Source: Syntrophaceae bacterium (GTDB taxonomy: Bacteria > Desulfobacterota > Syntrophia > Syntrophales > Smithellaceae). From it: a stretch of 64,000 nt of DNA. Of the stretch, positions 16,212 through 26,320 are shown piece after piece (position 1 is the first letter of the stretch; every line of letters begins with the position of its first letter). The stretch is taken from assembly GCA_025355345.1 (NCBI GenBank), contig JANXZU010000017.1, positions 5,648-69,647 on the forward strand, read 5' to 3'. The notes under the pieces are model-generated. The model ran no database searches and was not told the DNA's origin. It worked only from the letters and a program-made list of their open reading frames with translations. Both the position numbers and the translations under genes were made by a program.

Positions 16212-17165
16212 TCACAAGCTGCAAGTGCTCAATTCTGGCGGCTCCATGATTGTAATTTTATTCCGCCTGAGATATTCCGGGAAGCCGTACAAGCGCTCGC
16301 CGGTATACTCCATCACTACGGCATCAGCGGGGCAATTATTCAGGCAGCCAAAGCAGGCCAGGCACTTTTCCCGATCAACTGTTTGTTTGAAGGGGTTGAT
16401 AGCCTTGGTCGGGCATTTCTTTACGCAGGTTTCGCAACCAATGCATTTTTGGGGATCAACTGTGTGCTTGGTGATCGCCTTCTTGTTGAGCCAAACCAAC
16501 GGCAGCGTCTGAAAGCTTTCTCTTAATGTCAATTCGTAACTGACAGAAATTGTCTCGCCGCGGGTAATTCGAGCCTGTGTGTCCGCGGTAAAACGCCGCA
16601 CCTGATCAAAAGTTTCTGCATTGGGCAGATGCTGCCCGGAAATCTGTTTGGGATTGTTCCACGTTGGCGTTGGGTATGTGGCAATGTTTCGAAAGGCATC
16701 CCTTCCCACTGGAACTCCGCCTTTTTCCGCTAAAAGTTTTAGCAGGTGACAAGACGAGTTATGCTCATTACCTATCGGGCCACCGAAGGAAACAAAAGCT
16801 GCAACAGGAGTTCCCGCGATGGAGGGAATCGTTTTCAGCCAATCGACTACATTGGCAGGAGTATCATAATAAAATACCGGTGTACCAATGATGATGAAAT
16901 CATAATTTGGCAACAGGTTTTTATCAAATCCCTGCAGATCGCGAACATCTACAGCAAGGCCTTTTCCTTGCAGGATGCAGCAGATGAGTTTGGCATATCT
17001 GCGCGTCTGGCCTGTCTGGCTATACCATAAAACCAGCGCTTTTTTCGGGTCGCGTGTTTTTAAGTTCTGATAAGCCGCGTGGCTTTCCTGTCTCAGATAA
17101 ATCGGCAGGTACAGAGCAGCACCGGCAATAACAGATTTTTTAATAAAGTCTCTTCGTGTATCCAT
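16212..17165 (-). CDS. Flavodoxin plus 2x[4Fe-4S] ferredoxin fusion (EFR1-like) with Tat signal
   Basis: TRRDFIK twin-arginine motif, YSQTGQT FMN loop, CIGCETCVKKCP and CLACFGCLNNCP. Confidence 0.85.
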   Translation of the reverse strand: MDTRRDFIKKSVIAGAALYLPIYLRQESHAAYQNLKTRDPKKALVLWYSQTGQTRRYAKLICCILQGKGLAVDVRDLQGFDKNLLPNYDFIIIGTPVFYYDTPANVVDWLKTIPSIAGTPVAAFVSFGGPIGNEHNSSCHLLKLLAEKGGVPVGRDAFRNIATYPTPTWNNPKQISGQHLPNAETFDQVRRFTADTQARITRGETISVSYELTLRESFQTLPLVWLNKKAITKHTVDPQKCIGCETCVKKCPTKAINPFKQTVDREKCLACFGCLNNCPADAVVMEYTGERLYGFPEYLRRNKITIMEPPELSTCSL

Positions 17166-17201
17166 ATTGCTGCCTCTTTATACTTTGAAATCAAAAGCTT
17201 A

Positions 17202-18161
17202 TTAGTTGAGTTTTTTCTTTTTTGTAACTGGCTTATCGGCTTCTTTATCCTGTCTTCTGTCTGATTTAAAACAACTGCCTTTGAATTGTTTGGCAAATTT
17301 TTTCATTTCGGACGAAAGCTGGGTTACTTCGCCATAATGGGAAAAAGGGCGGGAGCATGTTTCGGTAATGCCAATGGAAATGCCCATAACCGGAAAATGC
17401 GATGCTTTACCTTTGCGGTCAACAGATTTGATAAATCCCTGAGTTATGTCTTCGCGATCGTAGCAGCCGATAATTAGACTATCGAAAGCTTTGATTATTT
17501 CTGTTGCCGCTTCCTCAACCATGTCTATATCAATGATAAAAACAAAATCATCTCCGCCAACATGGCCGACAAAACTGCCCTGCGGCTGTTTTGCCTTAAC
17601 GATACCCAAAATCAGTCGGCCGGTCATTTTTATGACTTCATCCCCGCGGCTGAAACCGTAACGGTCATTAAATGGTTTGAAATAATCAAGATCGGCATAA
17701 CCAAAAGCGAAATCTTTTTTCTTTTCCAGTCTATCCTGGATCTCGCGGTTGATGGAGATGTTTCCCGGCAGGCGTGTGAGTGGATTAATTTCCACATTTT
17801 TTTCACAGCGGAATATTGATAAGTTGACGCGTGCGAGAAAATCACGTTCAAAATCGGCTCTCCAAATGTAATCTTCAACCATCAAAGTATCCAACTGCTC
17901 AACACTAAATTGATCGGGAAGTATTGCCAGAACCGGCAATTGATAGAACAGCGGATCAGCTTTAATGTCATTGATAATATTGACTGCAACAGGGTCATCA
18001 TCAACTACGTTAATGACGATTAAATCGGGGATAGAATTGTAAATATAGTCAATTGCCGAGGGCATGTTGTTGAAGATAACGCTTTGGTAGCGGCCTTTTG
18101 TGCTGCGCTCTATAGAATTATTTAGAATAACATCACGGCAAACGATAACTATAGTTTTCAT
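17202..18161 (-). CDS. Receiver-like domain plus GGDEF diguanylate cyclase domain
   Basis: NPLTRLPGN, DLDYFKPFNDRYG, GHVGGDDF. Confidence 0.88.
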   Translation of the reverse strand: MKTIVIVCRDVILNNSIERSTKGRYQSVIFNNMPSAIDYIYNSIPDLIVINVVDDDPVAVNIINDIKADPLFYQLPVLAILPDQFSVEQLDTLMVEDYIWRADFERDFLARVNLSIFRCEKNVEINPLTRLPGNISINREIQDRLEKKKDFAFGYADLDYFKPFNDRYGFSRGDEVIKMTGRLILGIVKAKQPQGSFVGHVGGDDFVFIIDIDMVEEAATEIIKAFDSLIIGCYDREDITQGFIKSVDRKGKASHFPVMGISIGITETCSRPFSHYGEVTQLSSEMKKFAKQFKGSCFKSDRRQDKEADKPVTKKKKLN

Positions 18162-18213
18162 ATAATAAATATCCGGTACCTAAGAAAATATAATCAGGTT
18201 TTTTCACAAGCCG

Positions 18214-19059
18214 TCAGGAAAGGTCTTCTGCTGATTCCATGTTATCTTCCATCTCCTTCAACACGTCTTTAATATCGGTCTCGGAAAGTTTAAGAAGCTC
18301 ATAGGCGATAGTATTAACTTCAGGAACAAAATTTTCTCCGGCAAAGCCGAATCCGCGCGCGCGGACAAGAAGGTCGGCCATGTGTACAATTGCTGTTTCC
18401 AGAGGAGCGGTTTTAGCCAGCGCCGGTCGATGATGAAACTCAATGACCTCAATTAAGTTGCGCGGGAAACGCCATTTTTCCGCAAGCCAACTGCCGACAT
18501 TGGCATGCGTCGCGTTGAACTGAATATATTCCGCGTCGAATATCGAAATGCCTTTTTCCTGAGCTTCATTCATGGCCGCTTGATATTCCGTGGAGTATTC
18601 CAGCGCCAGGATAACCTTGCCGATATCGTGCAGCAGCCCGGCAACAGAAACTTCTTCCGGTTCCTTTACCCCCTTTTTCTGGGCGATGATGCGGGAAGCT
18701 ATGGCGCAACCAAGCGAGTGCTCGTAAAGTCCGTTCATTGTCTTCTGCATTAATTCAAAGACGGAAACTCCCAGCAGCAGTCCTTTGATGACGTTGAGTC
18801 CCAAAAGCATAGTCGCGTGAGAAACAGAAGCAATCCTGCCGGGGAAACCGTAAATGGCAGAATTAACCATTTTTAACACTTTGGTGGTCAATGCCGGATC
18901 GTTGGAAATGAAAGCGCTGATTTCCACAAGAGTAATACGTGGCTTTTCAATCACAACGGAAAGCCGTTTTAACACAGCGGGAACAGTTGGCAGTGTGTTG
19001 ATGTTTTCCACTTTGTGGCGCAAGACTTTGGGATCAATGTTGCTCATAGAGGCCTTCAA
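18214..19059 (-). CDS. HDOD domain protein
   Basis: LPTVP, DPALTTKVLKMVNSA, AGLLHDIGK, THANVG..LAEKWRFP; likely start at the MSNID Met (19047). Confidence 0.92.
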   Translation of the reverse strand: MKASMSNIDPKVLRHKVENINTLPTVPAVLKRLSVVIEKPRITLVEISAFISNDPALTTKVLKMVNSAIYGFPGRIASVSHATMLLGLNVIKGLLLGVSVFELMQKTMNGLYEHSLGCAIASRIIAQKKGVKEPEEVSVAGLLHDIGKVILALEYSTEYQAAMNEAQEKGISIFDAEYIQFNATHANVGSWLAEKWRFPRNLIEVIEFHHRPALAKTAPLETAIVHMADLLVRARGFGFAGENFVPEVNTIAYELLKLSETDIKDVLKEMEDNMESAEDLS

Positions 19060-19336
19060 TATGCGCTTTAATTATTTTTTTGATAACATTCATGTATGGT
19101 TTACCATCTACACGGGCAAATCTTTCATTAAGGCTGTCCAGGGCTTCTCCTCTGGAAACGGTTTGAACAGGCGGGCCTTCCACAAAGATATTGGTAATGT
19201 CCATATCCTGAATTCTTTCAATCCATTTGTCTGTAAGCTCTGTGCCTTCGCCAAGCATAACCATACCGTTTTTGGCAGTAACCGGCTTGGCAAGCTTCAT
19301 ACCGGGCTCAAGTTTGGATACTGGCATTTTTGGCAT
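19034..19336 (-). CDS. Small hypothetical protein of the type found at the N-terminus of HD-GYP/HDOD proteins
   Basis: VSKLEPGMKLAKPV...GMVMLGEGTELT; overlaps the HDOD gene. Confidence 0.75.
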   Translation of the reverse strand: MPKMPVSKLEPGMKLAKPVTAKNGMVMLGEGTELTDKWIERIQDMDITNIFVEGPPVQTVSRGEALDSLNERFARVDGKPYMNVIKKIIKAHIEGLYEQH

Positions 19337-19359
19337 TAATCAACTCCCGATGTCTTTAT

Positions 19360-19489
19360 TGTGAAACTCTAATTCCGCAAGCGTAGCGGAATTGGCAAGT
19401 TGAACAATCCCGCGCAGCGGAGGGTTTAATGCCCCGCAGCGAGCTTAGGAATATGTTTCCAAAGCTTGCTTTGGAGTTCATACCCGTGA
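19360..19489 (+). repeat. REP-like repeat family 2, long form
   Basis: TGTGAAACTCTAATTCC...GGAATTGGCAAGTTGAACAATCCCGC..GCGGAGGGT...GTTCATACCCGTGA; colinear with 56272-56409. Confidence 0.85.
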
Positions 19490-19521
19490 TTAAATATCTC
19501 ACCATCAACCGGTAAATAACG

Positions 19522-19875
19522 TTAAACGAAAGCGGGGTCTGTAAGTTCATCGTCAATCGTATCCGGTTCGGCGGCATTATATTGCAGCAGTCTCTTTAAG
19601 TGAAAAAAAGTATCTTCATCCATGGAAAGAAAAGATATTATAGCTTCTTTGTCGTCTGCCCGGAGAATTTTTCCTTGAATGGTTAAGCTTGTTTCCGGAT
19701 TCAAGTTCAGGATAACAGAACATTCTTTACCGGCAACAAATGACGGAGAATTTGTACAGCTGATTCCGGTCAGGCTGATGTTGAGTGTTTTAACTTTGAT
19801 TTTTTTTTGCTCGAAGAGAATGGTTATGTCAAAACCAACGGGAACTCTTGTTCGTTTTCTTCTTTCCTTGATCAT
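19522..19875 (-). CDS. PilZ domain protein
   Basis: ERRKRTR (RxxxR) and NISLTG (D/NxSxxG); start reassigned to MIKERR, which follows a GAGGAAGG RBS. Confidence 0.88.
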   Translation of the reverse strand: MIKERRKRTRVPVGFDITILFEQKKIKVKTLNISLTGISCTNSPSFVAGKECSVILNLNPETSLTIQGKILRADDKEAIISFLSMDEDTFFHLKRLLQYNAAEPDTIDDELTDPAFV

Positions 19876-19915
19876 GGCAATACCTTCCTCAAATTTAAAT
19901 ATACTTTTTTCACAA

Positions 19916-20917
19916 CTAATGATTTTGGTCAAGCTTGATTTTTCCCAGATCGGGGAAAATAATTCTTTCTTCTTCCAGTCGGTAACCGATAACGGAAATA
20001 TTAATCTTTTCCAGTTCCTGTGCGTAGATATTAATTCCATCTTCCGGCATAACCATTATGGGCAGAGGGCTTCCCTCAAAGGCAGTACTTTGCAGCAATA
20101 ATTTTGCCGCAGCAGCCATAACGCTAATTTCTCTTATATCGCCTATAACTTCAAAAACATGAGAAATCCCACCTGTAGCGTGGTCAATCAGAAAGAGTTG
20201 ATGGGTGGCGTTGTTGCCGACTCGAAACTTCCAGCGCATAAGAAGATGGGCAAGGCTTGTGACCACAAGATCGCAATCGCAGGCAGAGAATATTTCACTG
20301 CCATAGGCAGAAGGCATTGCACCCACCAGATCTTCCCGAAAAACTGTTTCCGCAAAATTCATCTCTGTTTGAGGCGAGATTGCCGCAGTTAATTTTAATT
20401 TTTCAATCTTTTTTATAAATAAGGCTGTCTGCAGCGCAAAGCGGCCGGAATTCAGAGCGCCGATAACAGCTACCGGGGTTATCGAATCTCCATCTTCCAT
20501 AAAAGACCAGACGCCACGATAGTTATGCTCAAAAAGAGATTTGCCCACACCCTTTTTCCCACCACCGATTTTCCCCCGATGAATTACAAAAACATTTCCC
20601 CACTGATCCTCGGCAAACGCAGCACCGGTTTTTCGGTCAATTCCCTTGCAGGGGAAGTTAATTTCGGCGGTTATGGAAAGAATGCTTGCCTCCTTGGGTT
20701 TACCCATACCAAAGGCATTCCAGTAACGAACTTCATTAATAGTGTGAGAAAATAACCAAATCCCAAGATTTTTTGCCCATAATACTTTTGCCGGAGAGCT
20801 TGCTCCCTGATGCCCCAGCTTTACTTTTATTGTTTCGTCGATAAACGGTTTAAAACTTTTGACAAACAGACGAATATATTTTTTGATGGTCAATTGATCG
20901 GTAATAACTTTAAGCAT
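19916..20917 (-). CDS. Hypothetical protein, possibly with a degenerate restriction-endonuclease-like C-terminus
   Basis: 333-aa ORF co-oriented with its neighbours; function inferred only from remembered motif similarity. Confidence 0.7.
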   Translation of the reverse strand: MLKVITDQLTIKKYIRLFVKSFKPFIDETIKVKLGHQGASSPAKVLWAKNLGIWLFSHTINEVRYWNAFGMGKPKEASILSITAEINFPCKGIDRKTGAAFAEDQWGNVFVIHRGKIGGGKKGVGKSLFEHNYRGVWSFMEDGDSITPVAVIGALNSGRFALQTALFIKKIEKLKLTAAISPQTEMNFAETVFREDLVGAMPSAYGSEIFSACDCDLVVTSLAHLLMRWKFRVGNNATHQLFLIDHATGGISHVFEVIGDIREISVMAAAAKLLLQSTAFEGSPLPIMVMPEDGINIYAQELEKINISVIGYRLEEERIIFPDLGKIKLDQNH

Positions 20918-20976
20918 AGTTCAGCTTCCTGAAAGCTTACTTGGTATTATGCTTTATAATATACGAGAAAGCGGTA

Positions 20977-22098
20977 CTAATCCAGCCGTTTTTTGAAGCG
21001 GCTGATTGAAGCAGAAAAGACGATTGTTCCTAAAATGGCCAGTGCCAGATATTGATGCCACAGGATTTCTAAACCTACACCTTTGAGAAATATCCCCCGG
21101 ATGATAACTAAAAAATAGCGCAGAGGGTTTATATAAGTCAGCCACTGAACCACCTCCGGCATGTTGGAGATGGGGAAGACAAAGCCGCTCAGAAAAAAAG
21201 CAGGCATAAGAAAAAAGAAGGTGGACATCATTGCCTGCTGCTGTGTGGCGGAGATGGTCGAAATAAAAAGCCCGGTTCCCAAAGTCGATAGCAAAAACAG
21301 ACACGTTGCAAAAAATAAAAGCAGAATGCTGCCATTGAGCGGTATGCCAAACCAGAAAATGGCGGCCAGGATGATAGCAAACATTTGACCCAGAGAAATA
21401 ATTATATAAGGAATTGTCTTGGCGATAATAAACTCCGAGGCCTTTAAAGGCGTCACGATTAGTTGCTCCATCGTGCCTCCTTCTTTTTCTTTGATAATCG
21501 CCATAGATGTCAAAAGCAATGATATGAACATAACCAAAAAGGCGACAATTCCCGGAACGAAGAAGTATTGACTATCCAGATTGGGGTTGTACCAGGTTCG
21601 AATGCGGGCGTCAATCTGTGCATAGTTCAACTGCCGAGCATATAGTTCGCGGATGGTTTCGCGATTATATTTGCCGATAACAGAGGAAGTGTAAGCCATT
21701 CGAACATTAGCCATGTTACTCATGCTGCCGTCGGCCAGAATCTGGATTGGCGCTGTTTGTCCCTTTCGAATAATGTCCGCAAAATCAGGGTTTATTTTAA
21801 TACCCATATCAACTTTGCGTCGCAGCAACAACTCATCGAGTTCACGATCATCGCTTACCTTATATCGAATATGGAAAATATTGCTGCTGGTGAAATCTTC
21901 CACAAGTTTGCGGCTTTCGTAAGTTTGCGAATAATCCAGAAGTGCCACGCTGATATTGCGAATGTCGTAATTTACAACATAACCGAAAACAAGCAGCTGT
22001 ATAAAAGGGGAAACAAAAAGCAGCACACGATAGCGCTTGTCCCGCAGCACCTGAATGAATTCTTTACGCACAAGTTCTCTTATTCTCAGCCAGCTCAT
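20977..22098 (-). CDS. ABC-2 transporter permease (YbhR-like)
   Basis: RKEFIQVLRD, WYNPNLDS, EKEGGTMEQLIVTP; start at MSWLR overlaps the upstream stop. Confidence 0.92.
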   Translation of the reverse strand: MSWLRIRELVRKEFIQVLRDKRYRVLLFVSPFIQLLVFGYVVNYDIRNISVALLDYSQTYESRKLVEDFTSSNIFHIRYKVSDDRELDELLLRRKVDMGIKINPDFADIIRKGQTAPIQILADGSMSNMANVRMAYTSSVIGKYNRETIRELYARQLNYAQIDARIRTWYNPNLDSQYFFVPGIVAFLVMFISLLLTSMAIIKEKEGGTMEQLIVTPLKASEFIIAKTIPYIIISLGQMFAIILAAIFWFGIPLNGSILLLFFATCLFLLSTLGTGLFISTISATQQQAMMSTFFFLMPAFFLSGFVFPISNMPEVVQWLTYINPLRYFLVIIRGIFLKGVGLEILWHQYLALAILGTIVFSASISRFKKRLD

Positions 22099-23228
22099 AG
22101 ACCTTCTTTTTTTAACAATCTGTAGTTTAATGCAGTTAATATTATGAACATCATTCCTAAAACCAGCATGCTGGGCCAAAGATAAGCAAAACCCAGATTC
22201 CGCAAATATATGCCACCCAGGATATCAATATAGTATCTTGCGGGAACGATATAAGTAACCAATTGCAGAATAGTCGGCATATTGATAATGGGAAAGACAA
22301 AGTCGGAAAGCAAAACAGAAGGCAAATAGGTCAGCATAAACGCCATCTGGTTGGCGATGAGCTGTGATTTTGTGGCATTAGAAATTAATAGTCCCAGAGC
22401 CAGTGCGACTCCCAGATAAAGGGAGGTAGCAGCCATCATCAGCCAGAAATTTCCCTTCATGACTACGCCGAATAGCAATTGGCCTAAAAGAATGGCTATT
22501 AACACATCTGTCAGTCCGATGACAAAATAAGGAAGAGCTTTGCCTAATAGTAATTCACCGGCTCGAATCGGCAGCGATTTGATCGTTTCCATTGTTCCAT
22601 TTTCATATTCTCTGGCAATGATCAGCGAGGTCAAAAAAGCGCAAACCAGCATGATGATAATTGCTATAATTCCGGGTACAATGAAATTGCGGCTTTCCAG
22701 ATCTTCATTAAACCAGACACGGATGCGGCCGTCCACGGGAGGCTTGATCTTTTCCATGCCCTGCCGATTCAGGAAATTAAAAAGGAGTGTTTGGTTATAT
22801 TGTTCGGTGAAAGCCATCATGTATCCGTTAATGATGCCGGCAAAATTGGGATCGCTACCGTCGATGATTATCTGAAGCGGCGTTTCCCGATTGGCGCTCA
22901 GGTTCTTCATGAAGTCGGGCGGAATGATGATGGCGACCGCTGCGCGGTCATGATCCAGATAATCGGCTGCATCCTTAGTTTTTGCTAATTGCGTGGCGAC
23001 ATGAAAATAGGGAGATGCATCAAGCTTGCGGATGAAATCGCGGCTCATTTCGGAATGATCATAATCAACAATGACTGTTTCTACGTTATCAACATCCAGG
23101 CTCAGGGCATAACCAAAAAGGATTACCAATAGAAAAGGAATGGCAAAGGCCATATACAGGCTGCGGTAGTCTCTGATCAGATGATAAAATTCTTTGCGGA
23201 CCAGCGCTTTGATTCTCAAAAAATTCAA
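22095..23228 (-). CDS. ABC-2 transporter permease (YbhS-like)
   Basis: RKEFYHLIRD, WFNEDLES, AREYENGTME. Confidence 0.92.
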   Translation of the reverse strand: MNFLRIKALVRKEFYHLIRDYRSLYMAFAIPFLLVILFGYALSLDVDNVETVIVDYDHSEMSRDFIRKLDASPYFHVATQLAKTKDAADYLDHDRAAVAIIIPPDFMKNLSANRETPLQIIIDGSDPNFAGIINGYMMAFTEQYNQTLLFNFLNRQGMEKIKPPVDGRIRVWFNEDLESRNFIVPGIIAIIIMLVCAFLTSLIIAREYENGTMETIKSLPIRAGELLLGKALPYFVIGLTDVLIAILLGQLLFGVVMKGNFWLMMAATSLYLGVALALGLLISNATKSQLIANQMAFMLTYLPSVLLSDFVFPIINMPTILQLVTYIVPARYYIDILGGIYLRNLGFAYLWPSMLVLGMMFIILTALNYRLLKKEGL

Positions 23229-23980
23229 GAGTCGCTCCTCTTCATCAAAGTTATAAAAGCATCGTTCAGATCGGCAGCAGGATTATGCGGGCAGGTGTCG
23301 GCAATGATTTCGGCAGGTGTTCCCGACGCCACAATATTGCCGGCATTAATCATAACGATCCTTTCGCAGAAGCGCGCCTCGTCCATATAATGCGTGGTAA
23401 CGAATATAGTTATCCCTTCTTTGGCCAGTTGCTTAATGAAATTCCAGAAATGTTGTCTTGTGACCGGATCAACTCCGGAAGTAGGCTCATCCAGAAATAA
23501 AATATCCGGCTTGTGCAAAAGAGAACATCCCAGCGCCAGTCTTTGACGCCAACCCTGTGGCAATTCTCTTGTCAATCGATTGCGTACTGCCTGTAATCTG
23601 GCGATATCCAAAACCCAGTTGATGCGTTCTTTCCATTGATCCTCCGGGACACTATAAACACCAAGATAGAAGCGCAAATTTTCGAAAGGCGTTAAGTCTT
23701 CATAGAGAGAAAATTTTTGTGACATGTAGCCGATGGAATGCTTAATTTCTTCGGAATCTTTCATAATGTTATGCCCGGCAACAAAGCCATCTCCGGATGT
23801 AGGCGTAATGATGCCGCACAGCATGCGAATGGTAGTTGATTTCCCTGAGCCGTTGGCGCCTAGAAATCCGAATATTTCACCTTTATTAACGGAGAAAGAA
23901 ATTTTATTAACGGCGACAAAATCGCCGAATTTCTTTTCTAAATTATTAACAGAGACGGAATTAGAGTTGGAAAGTGTCAT
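23225..23980 (-). CDS. ABC transporter ATP-binding protein
   Basis: GANGSGKST, LPQGWRQR, LDEPT. Confidence 0.93.
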   Translation of the reverse strand: MTLSNSNSVSVNNLEKKFGDFVAVNKISFSVNKGEIFGFLGANGSGKSTTIRMLCGIITPTSGDGFVAGHNIMKDSEEIKHSIGYMSQKFSLYEDLTPFENLRFYLGVYSVPEDQWKERINWVLDIARLQAVRNRLTRELPQGWRQRLALGCSLLHKPDILFLDEPTSGVDPVTRQHFWNFIKQLAKEGITIFVTTHYMDEARFCERIVMINAGNIVASGTPAEIIADTCPHNPAADLNDAFITLMKRSDS

Positions 23981-24746
23981 GTGCCAATCCCTTATCTACT
24001 TCTTTTATTCGTTCGATTATCGCCTCTTCCAGAGTGTTGAATGTGCCGCGAATAACCGCCGGTGTGGCCGTGTCCAGAAGAATGGAATTATGCAGCAGGC
24101 CGAGTTGGTCGCACAATTCTCCTTCGTCTAGATAAGCGGTGGAAACAAGAATGGTCATACCTTCCTTTTTCATGCTGCCTAATATTTCCCAGAATTCATG
24201 CCGCGATACAGGGTCAACACCGTTTGTCGGTTCGTCTAGAACCAGCAATTGCGGTTCGTGTACCAGCACGCAGGCCAGTCCCAGTTTTTGTTTCATGCCC
24301 CCGGAAAGATTACCTGCCAGTCTATCCACAAAAGGCAGCAAGTTGGAGAACCCCAGATATTTTTCTTTGCGCTTTTTTCTTTCCCCGCTCGCTATGCCAA
24401 AAACATCCATAAAAAAATTAATGTTTTCATCGACAGTCAGATCCTGATACAGACCGAACCGCTGTGGCATATAGCCGATTATGTTTTTTATTTTTCTCCT
24501 ATCGGCAACGACATTGAGGCCGCCTACAAGAATATCTCCCTGAGTTGGTTTGATCATAGTGGCAATCAGCCGCAGAAGAGTTGATTTGCCGGCGCCGTCG
24601 GAACCGACCAAACCAAAAATATTGCCCTTGTCGACAGAGAAAGAAACGTCCCTAACAGCCTCGACCAAATCAAAGCGCAAAGTAACGTTTTTAACTTCCA
24701 CCATGAGCCGGGAACTTTTCTGCGGAGTGATCATTGAGTCGCTCAC
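23961..24746 (-). CDS. ABC transporter ATP-binding protein
   Basis: GSDGAGKST, LSGGMKQK, LDEPT. Confidence 0.93.
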   Translation of the reverse strand: MSDSMITPQKSSRLMVEVKNVTLRFDLVEAVRDVSFSVDKGNIFGLVGSDGAGKSTLLRLIATMIKPTQGDILVGGLNVVADRRKIKNIIGYMPQRFGLYQDLTVDENINFFMDVFGIASGERKKRKEKYLGFSNLLPFVDRLAGNLSGGMKQKLGLACVLVHEPQLLVLDEPTNGVDPVSRHEFWEILGSMKKEGMTILVSTAYLDEGELCDQLGLLHNSILLDTATPAVIRGTFNTLEEAIIERIKEVDKGLAHDTFQL

Positions 24747-25570
24747 TATTGCGCCAGCAAGGCATCAGCTGGCATGCCGGATTTGAGTTCAAAGCTGGGA
24801 TTGGCAATGGATACCTTAACCAGATACACAAGCTTAACACGTTCTTTTTTTGTTTGGATGATTTTTGGCGTAAATTCTCCTTCGGGGGAGATGAAAGATA
24901 CATGTCCTGCGTAGCTTTTGCCGGGGAATGTATCTACTTTAACATCAACTTTTTGGTTGGGTTTGACTTTGCCGATTGCAGTTTCATCAACGAATATTTT
25001 CAGATCAACACGGGAAAGATCGGAAACGGTGATTACTTCGCGCCCGGCATTTACGGTTTCACCGGGTTCGATATTGCGGCTGGTTACGATACCGTCCATT
25101 GGTGATTTTAACCGGGTATAGCCAAGCTGGATAGAGACCAGTTTTAAAACTGATTCGCTTTCGGCAAGCCTTGATTTGGCCAATTCATAGACCAGCTTCA
25201 CTGAGTCGCGTTCTTTTTCCGTGACCACACCTTTGCTGAATAGCTCTTCAAAACGCTTATAGTTCTTTTCAGCATCTTTAAAAGTATCTTGAACGCTTTT
25301 TGCGTTTGCTCTGGCTTGATCATAACGGGATGAAAATTCCGCCCGGTCCAGCTCAGCGATAATCTGGTCTTTAGTAACTGGTTGTCCCTCCTGAATATTG
25401 ACTTGAGCTACGCGTCCGGGCACCTGAAATGATAATTTGGCCTGCGTTGTTTCGATAGTGCCGGAATAAAAAAGTTCTTTTTGCTGATTATTTTTCTGGC
25501 CGAAATAAACAAATGACGCTACCCCGACAAAAAATATTATAAACACAATAATGATAATTTTCTTTTTCAC
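24746..25570 (-). CDS. HlyD-family membrane fusion protein
   Basis: N-terminal TM helix, lipoyl halves, EFTPKIIQT...LVY..K, LKSGMPAD. Confidence 0.92.
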   Translation of the reverse strand: MKKKIIIIVFIIFFVGVASFVYFGQKNNQQKELFYSGTIETTQAKLSFQVPGRVAQVNIQEGQPVTKDQIIAELDRAEFSSRYDQARANAKSVQDTFKDAEKNYKRFEELFSKGVVTEKERDSVKLVYELAKSRLAESESVLKLVSIQLGYTRLKSPMDGIVTSRNIEPGETVNAGREVITVSDLSRVDLKIFVDETAIGKVKPNQKVDVKVDTFPGKSYAGHVSFISPEGEFTPKIIQTKKERVKLVYLVKVSIANPSFELKSGMPADALLAQ

Positions 25571-25640
25571 TGCTTTCCTCCAATTTATATTTCATTCCGC
25601 ACTATTTTCCCTGCTGCCTATTGGGATTACAGCATGTCTT

Positions 25641-26285
25641 TTATCGCTTTATTGCCTTAATCACCAACTGGGCTACTTCGTCGCCCAACCCACCCTTTAA
25701 TCGTTTATCATGAGCTTTAATGTCATTAGGTATCCATAGCTGTCTGTCTTTTATTGGTACACTTCCCTTGTAGAAAAGAATTGTTCCAATAATCATCATG
25801 TGGATAAGAAAAGGATTGGTTTCAGTAAATATTTCTTGCTTCTTCCCTTTATCGAGAATACCAATCAAAATTGTTATCACTGACGCTATGTCTTCAATTA
25901 CAACGAGTGGCAGAGTTGCGCCACCGCCGGCAATCTCCCTCATCATAATCGGCGGCAATTCCGGATTTTTATCCGCATTAGCGGCTATGCAATTTACATA
26001 AGCCTTTAGTTTTTCTATCGGGTCATCAACTTTAGCCACAGCTTCAGCAATATTCTGGGCGGTGTTGCCCAGAACCTGATGGATCACATTGGCATAAAGA
26101 GTATCTTTATCGCCGATTTGATAATAGAGAGTAGCTTTGTTTACACCAGCGCACTCCGCAATTTCATCCACATGAGTTCCACTGTAGCCCTTTTCGGCAA
26201 ATACGGCACGTGCCGCCACTAAAATCTTCTCCGCGGTTTTGCCGGGTTTTTCCAGATCAATATTTTTTTTAATCAAACGCATCAC
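25641..26285 (-). CDS. TetR/AcrR family regulator
   Basis: ILVAARAVFAEKGYSGTHVDEIAECAGVNKATLYY. Confidence 0.93.
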   Translation of the reverse strand: MMRLIKKNIDLEKPGKTAEKILVAARAVFAEKGYSGTHVDEIAECAGVNKATLYYQIGDKDTLYANVIHQVLGNTAQNIAEAVAKVDDPIEKLKAYVNCIAANADKNPELPPIMMREIAGGGATLPLVVIEDIASVITILIGILDKGKKQEIFTETNPFLIHMMIIGTILFYKGSVPIKDRQLWIPNDIKAHDKRLKGGLGDEVAQLVIKAIKR

Positions 26286-26320
26286 TAATTCCCTTGTTTT
26301 TAAAATATTCTATCGACAAA

